A DNA stretch of 64,000 bases. It comes from Candidatus Babeliales bacterium (GTDB taxonomy: Bacteria; Babelota; Babeliae; Babelales; Vermiphilaceae). Location: the NCBI GenBank assembly GCA_963743635.1, contig CAVUQO010000003.1, positions 128,001 through 192,000 on the forward strand, given 5' to 3'. The position numbers were made by a program, and so were the translations under genes. The notes under the pieces were generated by a model. It saw only the letters and a list, made by a program, of their open reading frames with translations, ran no database searches and was not told where the DNA came from. Shown in pieces: positions 1 to 8,530 of this stretch (position 1 is the stretch's first letter; every line of letters begins with the position of its first letter).

Positions 1-1
1 C

Positions 2-154
2 TCAATTACGAATGCATTCAAATCAAGTCCGCATGATTTAATGGTATATGGCACAATGTTCAGTTTCGGATTAACTGGCATCTGGCTCTTGGCAGCGCTC
101 TTTGTTGGTAAGAAGAATGCACAGTTAATCGCTGATAATGAAATCATTGAGTAG
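2..154 (+). CDS. 3' end of a membrane protein, possibly an NTT/TLC-family nucleotide (ATP/ADP) transporter (partial)
   Basis: Open frame from window edge: SITNAFKSSPHDLMVYGTMFSFGLTGIWLLAALFVGKKNAQLIADNEIIE*. One TM helix resembling the last NTT helix; followed by a hairpin. Confidence 0.4.
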   Translation, partial: SITNAFKSSPHDLMVYGTMFSFGLTGIWLLAALFVGKKNAQLIADNEIIE

Positions 155-177
155 CTTCTCGCCCTTTAAATGATTCG

Positions 178-210
178 CACCCAGAAGGCTTTGTGGCATT
201 CTGGGTGTTT
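178..210 (+). terminator. Intrinsic terminator
   Basis: CACCCAGAA...TTCTGGGTG followed by TTTT, just after the stop at 154. Confidence 0.6.
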
Positions 211-246
211 TAATTTTGGTGTTGTAAAGTAGTATTTTTTTAGATT

Positions 247-331
247 AAAAGGGCTCTCGTAATTGAGGGTTCTTTTTGTTATTATTTAAATGATTTTTTT
301 GATATATCTGCAGTGTTAATTGAGGAAAAAT
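247..331 (+). promoter_or_regulatory. Conserved hairpin/promoter/RBS unit, copy 1 (diverged)
   Basis: AAAAGGGCTCTCGTAATTGAGGGTTCTTTTTG; same unit at about 2444, 4881 and 6227. Confidence 0.7.
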
Positions 332-2419
332 ATGAAGCGTATACTCGGTATGGTTGTTGCGGGGGTTTTAAGCGGCAGTATACATGCGATGGAGCAAGTG
401 GCGTTGCTTACATCGGATAATCAAACGGTAATGCTTGATGTAAATAAGGTGCCATTATTTGGAACGATCCAAAGTGTAGTGGCCGACACATTTCCAAAAA
501 CAACGGATGGTAAATTGGATTACTCGGCACAAAAAGATCCGATTCCACTACGTAACGTTTCGTATGATGTATTAACGCAGTTAGTTGATGATACCGATGG
601 CATGCGTGATAAGGGAGCCTTGCAAATACCCACTTATTCGGATGAAACACTTTCTCATACGATGGGCTTGCTCAACGCGGCAAATTATTTGGGTACGCAT
701 CCTTTGTTGTGCGCAAAATATGCAAAAAAAATAGCCGGATTATTGATATCGGATCGATCATTGGAGCAATTGCAACAGGCCCCAACGAAGCATCCTGCTT
801 TCAAGCCATATGCATTGGCGTATTGCGCAAAACAGATGATTTATCCATATATGCCGCAAACATGGGTTGATCGATCTACGATTGAGCATGATGGGATTGC
901 ATCGGTAGAATGTTCACCAGATAGCAGTGCAATACTGACTAAATCGCGATCGCGTGAAGGATCGACTTTCTTGCATGAAGCAAAAATGGCGAATGTGGCA
1001 ACGGGTAAAGTACAGTATGAGATTAGATATAAATGCGACAATAACTGCGTATATTTAGTTCCAGGTGCACTTGTAGAAGATCCAGGAAGTAGTTATGTGT
1101 GTGTGTGCGACGAGGATGAAATAAGTATAGAGAGTGCAGCATCGGGCGAGGTATATAAATTTGCTAGCAGCCACGCTCGTTTTTATCCGTTGATAATGTA
1201 CATGATTCAGCGACAGATGTTCTCGTTCAATAGCGTTATGGCAATAATGCCCCGCCGGGATGATACACTAGAAGTAGCGGACTTAGTGACGGACCGATTA
1301 TTGCATGAAATCAAGTGTGAGGGTCCGATTGCATCAGGAGTCCTTTCATCAGATGGCCGCGCGGCTGTTGTTAAATCAGAGGATGGAGTTGTAAAAATAG
1401 TAATGATTGAAACAGGCACAGTGTTTGACATTGAGCGCGAAAATACTGTTCTGGGGGCAACGGCTTCACCAGATAATAGCAAGGTTATGATTATGTTAGA
1501 TGATGATACCGCAGAGATAGTAGATATGGCAACGCATGAGGTATTGCATAGATTTAAAGGTGAATTTGGTGGACATGAAGGGTTTTTTTCGTCAGATAGT
1601 AGCATGGTGGCCAGTGTGTGGGATGGTGTTGGAAAAATACTAGATGCAGAAACAGGCCGAGTGTTGTACGAAACTGATAATAGCGGACGGCGCCGAGGAC
1701 TGGTGAAGTTTTCGCCGGATAGTAGTAAGGCGATGTTTTGTACCTACGAGTCTTCAAGTTCAATAATAGAGATAGTAAGCGTGGCAACGGGTACAGTGCT
1801 GGAGATTAAGCACGATACTCCCCTTGCAGGGGCGTTTTTTTCACCAGATAGCAATAGAGTGATGCTTTTTTTCGATAAGTCTAAGTCAGCAGAGATAATA
1901 AATGTGGCAAGGGGTGACGTAGGATTGCACGAGTTTGCGGCAAGGAATATACGCCTCTCGGGATGGTGGTTTGATAGTAAATCGGATACGCAATTTTTAC
2001 CCGACGGAAATAGGGCGGTTGTGATGTCGAAAAATACAGCAAAAATAATTGAGAAGGCCGCAAGTAACTTTGATCAGGCATTATTAATGCAATTAATGGA
2101 ATGGTGTCGCACAAATAAGCGTTCTGTGCCGCAATGTGGATGGGTGGAAGATGTAGTACATAGTTATACTGACCAGTTAACACTCAAGGCAGCAACTGAA
2201 CGAGCATTTTACATCGTCAATAGGTCCAAACAACCTTCGCAGACTATGTCAGCAATCTTGCAAGATGGTCGCCCCATAGATTCGGAAGATGACACGCCCG
2301 TGGAATCTACAGGGTCGCAGTCTGCGCATTTAATGGAAGATACATCAGATAGTCGAGTAAGACGTCTTGCCAGACAACTGAGAGCATCCTCACGAGATTC
2401 GAAATGTACGATTTCTTGA
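332..2419 (+). CDS. Secreted Skp1/BTB-like + WD40 beta-propeller protein with C-terminal CaaX (CTIS); candidate effector
   Basis: Signal peptide MKRILG...IHA-M. Skp1-like motifs LLTSDNQ, PIPLRNVS, LLNAANYLG. Repeated (F)SPDS blades. Ends DSKCTIS*. RBS GAGGA. Confidence 0.8.
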   Translation: MKRILGMVVAGVLSGSIHAMEQVALLTSDNQTVMLDVNKVPLFGTIQSVVADTFPKTTDGKLDYSAQKDPIPLRNVSYDVLTQLVDDTDGMRDKGALQIPTYSDETLSHTMGLLNAANYLGTHPLLCAKYAKKIAGLLISDRSLEQLQQAPTKHPAFKPYALAYCAKQMIYPYMPQTWVDRSTIEHDGIASVECSPDSSAILTKSRSREGSTFLHEAKMANVATGKVQYEIRYKCDNNCVYLVPGALVEDPGSSYVCVCDEDEISIESAASGEVYKFASSHARFYPLIMYMIQRQMFSFNSVMAIMPRRDDTLEVADLVTDRLLHEIKCEGPIASGVLSSDGRAAVVKSEDGVVKIVMIETGTVFDIERENTVLGATASPDNSKVMIMLDDDTAEIVDMATHEVLHRFKGEFGGHEGFFSSDSSMVASVWDGVGKILDAETGRVLYETDNSGRRRGLVKFSPDSSKAMFCTYESSSSIIEIVSVATGTVLEIKHDTPLAGAFFSPDSNRVMLFFDKSKSAEIINVARGDVGLHEFAARNIRLSGWWFDSKSDTQFLPDGNRAVVMSKNTAKIIEKAASNFDQALLMQLMEWCRTNKRSVPQCGWVEDVVHSYTDQLTLKAATERAFYIVNRSKQPSQTMSAILQDGRPIDSEDDTPVESTGSQSAHLMEDTSDSRVRRLARQLRASSRDSKCTIS

Positions 2420-2443
2420 ATATCCATAAATAAAAACATATTT

Positions 2444-2528
2444 AAAAGGGCTCTCGTAATTGAGAGCCCTTTTTTGTATAATGTGTGGCGTTAAATTTTT
2501 ATGCATAGCTACTGTAAGGAAATGCGTT
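2444..2528 (+). promoter_or_regulatory. Conserved hairpin/promoter/RBS unit, copy 2
   Basis: AAAAGGGCTCTC-GTAATT-GAGAGCCCTTTTTT, then TATAAT, then AAGGA RBS. Confidence 0.75.
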
Positions 2529-2777
2529 ATGAAGCGTATATTTGGTATGGCGGTTGCTGTAGCAATTTTGGGTGGAAGTTTGCATGCGATGAAGCCAGAA
2601 AAGAAAAAAGAAGCATCTACAAATAATGCATCTACAGGCGAAGAGAAAAAAAAAGGGGGTGCATATTATTGGGCAGAGTACACAGCGCTTTTGGCGCAAA
2701 ATATAGAAACACAGGAAGATCGCGTAAAAGCGCTTGATAAGGTGATGGATAAAATGCCTAATGACTCTAAATGGTAA
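2529..2777 (+). CDS. Small secreted protein of the cassette family
   Basis: Same signal peptide (MKRIFGMAV...LHA-M); ends DSKW*. Confidence 0.7.
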   Translation: MKRIFGMAVAVAILGGSLHAMKPEKKKEASTNNASTGEEKKKGGAYYWAEYTALLAQNIETQEDRVKALDKVMDKMPNDSKW

Positions 2778-2867
2778 TGAAATAATATGGTACGGAACTC
2801 GTTATTTGTGGATATTCTTTTAAGATAATTTATCCACTCAATACTACCCAATGAAAGGTATACAACT

Positions 2868-3251
2868 ATGCAAAAACTACTATTCATCTCTCTGATATGT
2901 TTGTCATCAGGATTGAATGCGATGTACCCCTGGAATTTATCCGAAAAGGAACGTGAAGCACGGGAGGCTGAAGGAGAGGAGCGGGCCCGAGCGCGGCATG
3001 CTCAAAGAGAGCAGGAGAGGCAAGAGCAAGAGCGCCAATGGCGAGAGGAAAGGCAGCTACAACGGCAAGAAGAAGAACGTCGACGACAACAAGAAGAACA
3101 CCAACGGCAAGAAGAAGAACGTCGACGACAGGAAGAAGAACGCCAACGGCAAGAAGAAGAACGGCTACGACGACAAGAAGAATTAGTGTATCGATTTGAA
3201 CGTGCAGTGCAATATGCCGAGGAAATGAATAAAAAAAATGAACAAAAATAA
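2868..3251 (+). CDS. Secreted Glu/Arg/Gln-rich single-alpha-helix or coiled-coil protein
   Basis: Signal peptide ...LNA-M; QRQEEERRRQ repeats encoded by 21-nt tandem units. Confidence 0.7.
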   Translation: MQKLLFISLICLSSGLNAMYPWNLSEKEREAREAEGEERARARHAQREQERQEQERQWREERQLQRQEEERRRQQEEHQRQEEERRRQEEERQRQEEERLRRQEELVYRFERAVQYAEEMNKKNEQK

Positions 3252-3289
3252 GTAAAATCCCCATGTTCATATTAATAAAGGAAGATCTC

Positions 3290-3646
3290 ATGATTAAACG
3301 AATGTTATTAGGGTTGGTGTTGATGCCATGCTTAGCTTATGCGATGCAGCAGGAGCATCCAATGCAGTATATGTTCGGATTGACCAAAGAGGAACTGCTT
3401 ATTAAGAAGAAGGATACAGAAAATGAGGTGGAATATACGAGGAGCTTGCCCCCAAAGCTGTGCTGTGTCACGAGCCTAACTGTCTGGCTCACCAAAACAT
3501 CAAATGAATATATGTCAAGTTTAGAATCTGAGACTCCAGTGCGCTGTGGAAATTGTTGTTGGTATAAGTTCGGACAAAAAGATGAAAAGCGGGATGAGGA
3601 GCTGTTTAAAGAAATGGCCGCAGAATATGAAAAGCAACAAAAATAA
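3290..3646 (+). CDS. Secreted hypothetical protein, Cys-containing
   Basis: RBS AAGGA; MIKRMLLG...AYA-M signal peptide. Confidence 0.7.
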   Translation: MIKRMLLGLVLMPCLAYAMQQEHPMQYMFGLTKEELLIKKKDTENEVEYTRSLPPKLCCVTSLTVWLTKTSNEYMSSLESETPVRCGNCCWYKFGQKDEKRDEELFKEMAAEYEKQQK

Positions 3647-3744
3647 ATTGAAGCGAAGGCAAATCATTGATAACCATTTTAAATATTGTTATTTTTTACC
3701 AGCGAATGTCCAAAATATAATCACGTAAAACCGTAAGGAACAAT

Positions 3745-4170
3745 ATGATCACAATACGAAACACCTTTTGCACAATAATGTTGGCGAGCACTGTATCGCT
3801 CTTTGCTATGGATGCGAACAGAGAAGCGCGTATGGAGGCGGACTCCAAAGCGAATAAGGAAATGACATACCTTGATTATGTGAAGTCTAATGCGGAAATG
3901 GAAGAGAAGATGGCATACAAAGAAGCGTATGTGCATGCGCAGGTAAGATCTGCATTTAAGCGAGCAACAAAGCCTGCAATTTTGACTAAAGAGCAATGTG
4001 AAGAGGCGTGTAAAGATGCAGAAAGATCAGCGCTAGGTGGTATACGAACTGCTGCTGATCTTTCTGCAAGCGAGTATGACGGACTGATTGCACGTGCTCT
4101 CTGGGATCAAGAGTTCAGGGCGAAAATAACCTATCCTGGATGGTTCAAGGCGAAATATTTCCACAACTAA
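3745..4170 (+). CDS. Secreted hypothetical protein
   Basis: RBS TAAGGA; signal peptide ...LFA-M. Confidence 0.7.
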   Translation: MITIRNTFCTIMLASTVSLFAMDANREARMEADSKANKEMTYLDYVKSNAEMEEKMAYKEAYVHAQVRSAFKRATKPAILTKEQCEEACKDAERSALGGIRTAADLSASEYDGLIARALWDQEFRAKITYPGWFKAKYFHN

Positions 4171-4202
4171 GACTCATCTGTTAGATCGAGTTCGCATTAA
4201 AT

Positions 4203-4232
4203 AAAAACCCCACTAAAAATAGTGGGGTAAAA
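4203..4232. terminator. Bidirectional terminator
   Basis: ACCCCACTA/TAGTGGGGT stem between convergent ORFs. Confidence 0.65.
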
Positions 4233-4233
4233 T

Positions 4234-4742
4234 TTAAACGTTAACAATTGGTGTTATTTTTTTAATGCCAAAAAGCGCTAACATATCCTTTGGATCAACA
4301 CCGGATGCAAAAACAAGCCTTGCGTCTTTGTAGTACGGTCCGGTGGCACCAGTTGCGCCAATATCGCCAGCAACACCCGTTATCTCAGTAGAGCCCGTAA
4401 GGCCTGTATTAGAAGTCACTCCCACCGATTGGATCGTGAGCCGCTTTCGATATTGTGGAAAGGGGGTAATCCGTTTTTCAAGTTTTGTTTAATTAGCGCC
4501 TCCGCATTCTCTATATATCGTTTCGTACTGTCGTCGTGCTTGGCCAATTCAGCTAGACGTTGTGCTCTCCACTCTAGGTATTTAGGGTCTTTAAAGTCCA
4601 TAGCAGGAGCACTCGTAGACTGGCCTGAGATATTTTGGGCGTTGGCAGTATTAGGCGTTTCATTAGGGTTCATCGCGTGTAAATAATTCGCTGATGCAGA
4701 GGTAGCGACAAACAAAAGGAAATTCAACGACTTTGTTTTCAT
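4234..4742 (-). pseudogene. Secreted protein (LHA-M signal) with short Gly-X-Thr collagen-like segment, apparently frameshifted near 4435
   Basis: ORFs 4416-4742 and 4234-4425 overlap in different frames. The second has [23 protein letters not shown] and no RBS of its own. Confidence 0.5.
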
Positions 4743-4880
4743 AAGACATATCCTTTAGAAAAAGAACAACATTAAAATTTTGATCTAATGTACATTCATA
4801 ATGAGAAAAAACAAATTATGTGAACCAAATTTAGATCTCCAGTTTTTTCATATAAATAAACATTAAAAATAATGTCTTTA

Positions 4881-4965
4881 AAAAGGGCTCTCGTAATTGA
4901 GGGCCCTTTTTTGTATAGTGGGTGACGTTAAAATTTTATGCATAGTTACTGTAAGGAAGCGGACT
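4881..4965 (+). promoter_or_regulatory. Conserved hairpin/promoter/RBS unit, copy 3
   Basis: AAAAGGGCTCTCGTAATTGAGGGCCCTTTTTTGTATAGTGGGTGACGTTAAAATTTTAT. Confidence 0.75.
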
Positions 4966-6201
4966 ATGAAACGGATATTCGGTATGGCGGTTGGTTTGGG
5001 AATTTTGGGTGGAAATTTGCATGCGATGGAACAAGGGCAATCGAGTCAACAGCTTGATTATTCGTTTGTAAAAGCAGGCAATTATGAACATAAGAATGTT
5101 GATTTTGCAACTATTTCACCTGATGGCAACACCATCGCGAGCGTCTCGTGTTTGGCTAGAACGGTAAAGATTAAGTCATTGAGAACAGACGAACCTCCCT
5201 GTTGTTTTTCATTGCCCCATGAATACGAGGTAAAACTAGCAGAATTTTCACCCGATTCCAGCAAAATTGCGGTTGTGACTAAATATGATGCTCCTGGATG
5301 TTTTTTCATACTTGATGTAATTAAGAAGCAGAAAGGAGATAACGCTATAATATCTCCAAAGGCTTTCATGTTTCCCTGCGAATCAATAACGTTTGTACCC
5401 GGCAAAGAAAAGGTGATTGTGGCTGATCAAAAATCGGTAAAAGTTGTTAATATTTCTACGGGGCAAGCCGAGCATGAAATTGCGCTCGACCACTTCAAGT
5501 ATATTCGAGCATATTATTTACAAGGAGCTACTACGTTGCTTGCCTTATTGAATAATGGCATAGCAAAAAGAGTGAATCTTTCTACAAATGAAGATTTATC
5601 GGATATTACTTATCAAAGTGGTTCGATTGGAGGGAATGCTGGCTGGGGTGCAAGAATGGGCAACACGTCGGCTTTATCGGGCAATAAGATGGTGATCATC
5701 TCAGATGATAATAGCGTTGATGCGAAAACGGGTGATAATAGCGTGGGGGTCTATGATGCGACAACGGGTGAAAAAAAAATTGTAGTACCTACAGACCTTG
5801 TTAAGCGGGCGAGTACGGTAGCTTTATCTCCAGATGGTAAGGTTTTAGGATTTGCGCATCGTACTAGATACGTTTCTATAGTAGATGCAGAGACGGCTGA
5901 ATTGAAGCATACGGTACCTAATAAATCGAGCGGCTCTATCGTCTCTATAACGTTTTCACAAGATAATCGTTTTATGTTGGTTAGGCCTTGTTGGAACGGT
6001 GGGCCAGTCACTCTCTACGATGTTCAAACAGGTGAGAGTAAATTTGAATTTGAAGGCAGAATGCATACTTCGGGAGTATTTTCGACCGCAGGTGATTATG
6101 TGGTAGTCTCATCGTGTGATCTGAGCAAGGTCATGATTGTTCGGCGAATAATTGCCCAGTCTGCGCAATCCTCACAAGATTCGAAATGTATAATTTCTTG
6201 A
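4966..6201 (+). CDS. Secreted WD40-like beta-propeller with C-terminal CaaX (CIIS)
   Basis: Signal ...LHA-M; SPDG/FSPD/FSQD blades; ends DSKCIIS*. Confidence 0.8.
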   Translation: MKRIFGMAVGLGILGGNLHAMEQGQSSQQLDYSFVKAGNYEHKNVDFATISPDGNTIASVSCLARTVKIKSLRTDEPPCCFSLPHEYEVKLAEFSPDSSKIAVVTKYDAPGCFFILDVIKKQKGDNAIISPKAFMFPCESITFVPGKEKVIVADQKSVKVVNISTGQAEHEIALDHFKYIRAYYLQGATTLLALLNNGIAKRVNLSTNEDLSDITYQSGSIGGNAGWGARMGNTSALSGNKMVIISDDNSVDAKTGDNSVGVYDATTGEKKIVVPTDLVKRASTVALSPDGKVLGFAHRTRYVSIVDAETAELKHTVPNKSSGSIVSITFSQDNRFMLVRPCWNGGPVTLYDVQTGESKFEFEGRMHTSGVFSTAGDYVVVSSCDLSKVMIVRRIIAQSAQSSQDSKCIIS

Positions 6202-6226
6202 ACATCCATAAATAACAAGGCTATTT

Positions 6227-6312
6227 AAAAGGGCTCTCGTAATTGAGGGCCCTTTTTTGTATAGTGGGTGACGTTAAAATTTTATACATAGGTATCGTGA
6301 AGGAAATGGACT
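6227..6312 (+). promoter_or_regulatory. Conserved hairpin/promoter/RBS unit, copy 4
   Basis: Identical to copy 3 over about 60 nt. Confidence 0.75.
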
Positions 6313-7701
6313 ATGAAACGGATATTTGTTATAGCGGTTGTGGCGGGATTTTTGGGCGGCAGTGTGCATGCAATGCAGCAGAAACAATCGAGTCAGCAGC
6401 TTGAATACTCTTTCGTAAAGGCAGGCAATTATGAACATAAGAATGTTGATTTTGCAACTATTTCACCTGATGGCAAGGCGTTATTAACAACATCGCATGG
6501 AGGGTGGAAAGCCCCATACCGCGGAACTATAATGCTCAAACATATTGATAGTCGGGAAGAACCCGTTTGCTTTGAGCACAGGAGCAGTGAAATGTTGGCG
6601 GCCTTTTCATCCGATAGTAAACGGGCTGCAGTTTCGAGTCGGTATCACGCCAATAATGGAGCATTAATTATACTTGATGTGGTTAAGGGTAAGATAGAGA
6701 AGGAAATCCCTACTAATGATAAGGGTTGGCATTTTTTGTCGTTTGCATCAGGTGACACAAAGGTGATTACAGTTGGATATAGCTCGGTGCATATCTTTAA
6801 TAGCGATACGGGAGAAATAGAGCGTAAGATCGACGAGTATAGCGATAACATTGGAATATGTTTTTTTAAAGAGAATGTCTTGATGGCATTATTGCATAAT
6901 GGCGTGATAAAAAGTGTAGATCTCGGCACTCTTAAAGACTTGCCAGATATTACCTGTTTAGATGCACCCAAGGCTTGGGATTCTTGGGTAGGATCTGCAT
7001 CTGCGTTGGGTAATCGGGTGGTTATTGTTGGAGAAGCCGATGATGTGAACGTGTACGATGCGCAAACAGGCCATAAAATAGTGAAAATGCCTATGGGGAG
7101 AGTATCTGACTTTCATAATCGGTATCATGTGAGGCGGACTGGGTTATCATCAAGTGGCGATACTCTTGTACTTGGATTGCAGGGGAACCGAGGAGAGAAG
7201 GCAATGGTAGCTATAGCAGATATAAAGGGATGTTCAGGAATACATACTTTCAATCTTGAAATTTGTTTTAAAGAAGATGGTCTCCTAAGCCCCATAAATG
7301 CACCAGCAATAAAATTGTCGCCGGATGACCGTTCAATGTTAGTTGAGCCTGGGGATTGGAATTGTACAGGGCCCGCAGTTATCTATGATGTGCAAACGGG
7401 TGAAAAGAAATTTGAATTTGAAGGCGGCGAGAAGAATTCTACATATGGATTATTTTCTCCTAATGGTGAGTATGTGGTGGCTGCATCGGATGGAATAGTG
7501 CAGATTGCTCGGCGGATAATTGCGCAGTCCTTACAGGCGTCGGGACCATCAGAGCCTGCGCGTGCTTCACAAGCAGATGAAGATGATAAACCCGTGCAGT
7601 CTGGAGGTTCGCAATCTTTGCAGTTAGTGGAAGTGACATGGGGGAGTCGGGTCAGAAATCTTACCAGACGGCTGATAGCATCTTTACAATTTTCGAAATG
7701 A
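6313..7701 (+). CDS. Secreted WD40-like beta-propeller; CaaX Cys codon replaced by stop
   Basis: Paralogue of 4966-6201; ends TCG AAA TGA ATG GTT TCT TGA. Confidence 0.8.
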   Translation: MKRIFVIAVVAGFLGGSVHAMQQKQSSQQLEYSFVKAGNYEHKNVDFATISPDGKALLTTSHGGWKAPYRGTIMLKHIDSREEPVCFEHRSSEMLAAFSSDSKRAAVSSRYHANNGALIILDVVKGKIEKEIPTNDKGWHFLSFASGDTKVITVGYSSVHIFNSDTGEIERKIDEYSDNIGICFFKENVLMALLHNGVIKSVDLGTLKDLPDITCLDAPKAWDSWVGSASALGNRVVIVGEADDVNVYDAQTGHKIVKMPMGRVSDFHNRYHVRRTGLSSSGDTLVLGLQGNRGEKAMVAIADIKGCSGIHTFNLEICFKEDGLLSPINAPAIKLSPDDRSMLVEPGDWNCTGPAVIYDVQTGEKKFEFEGGEKNSTYGLFSPNGEYVVAASDGIVQIARRIIAQSLQASGPSEPARASQADEDDKPVQSGGSQSLQLVEVTWGSRVRNLTRRLIASLQFSK

Positions 7702-7860
7702 ATGGTTTCTTGATCATCTTATGTGCGGATTTTTCCTGTCATCGCCTACGGATTGGGATCTTTCCAACGACGTCTTTGCGACCGTGAGTTTGACCATCTA
7801 TCCCTTTTTACCTACACTAAAATAAGTACCAATATAAAGTCCTTTAGCATTAGTAATTCT

Positions 7861-8526
7861 ATGTATTTAACGTTAGACGTCGTCAAATCGCTCATTAATC
7901 TCCTTACTTTGATCATTACCTATTTTTGGATGGTTCCCCTTTTAGGGTGCTTTCGCGCATGGGTTGCCAAGAAGATGGGAGATTCAACCCCAGAAATGCT
8001 TGGTTTTCTAACTCTTGATCCCTTCGTGCATATCGATTTTATCGGATTAACCGTTCTGTGTCTTTTTAACATAGGCTGGGGCGTCTATTTCCCTATTTAT
8101 CTCAATAACATTCAGGGTCGCTTTGCAAATGTAAGACGCATGATTGCATTGTTTTCAGATACTCTTTTGGGCTTTGTAATCGGGGTGCTTACGGTCATTA
8201 TTATCGCATTATTCGGTTATAGCTATGATCAAATAATGTCTTCTGGTAGCCAGGCGCCATCAGCGATTGTTGCATTCTATTTATTACTTCGCAGAACGCT
8301 GGGCTTAGCTGTCTTTCTTATGCTCATTAACTTTATCATTAATTTTGTGTCGGCTATTGGATGGTTTGTTTCTCGCAGTACTTCTTTCTATAATATGTAC
8401 CTTCAAATGTTTTTAATTGGCGGTCCGCTGCTTATTTGTATCGTGTTTGGTAATGTTATTAATCAACTGATGTTTTACGCTATCGTGTATGTAGGCACAT
8501 CAATTCTTAGCTTATTTGGAATGTAA
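7861..8526 (+). CDS. Polytopic membrane protein, degenerate site-2 protease (M50)-like
   Basis: AWVAKKMGDSTP...LTLDPFVHIDFIG matches the M50 N-terminal motif, but HExxH is absent. Confidence 0.6.
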   Translation: MYLTLDVVKSLINLLTLIITYFWMVPLLGCFRAWVAKKMGDSTPEMLGFLTLDPFVHIDFIGLTVLCLFNIGWGVYFPIYLNNIQGRFANVRRMIALFSDTLLGFVIGVLTVIIIALFGYSYDQIMSSGSQAPSAIVAFYLLLRRTLGLAVFLMLINFIINFVSAIGWFVSRSTSFYNMYLQMFLIGGPLLICIVFGNVINQLMFYAIVYVGTSILSLFGM

Positions 8527-8530
8527 TAGT

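Noticed and set aside
247..6312. Repeated hairpin as CRISPR repeats or integron attC sites
   Set aside because: Spacing is gene-sized and irregular; no cas or integrase gene; no RYYYAAC/GTTRRRY boundaries
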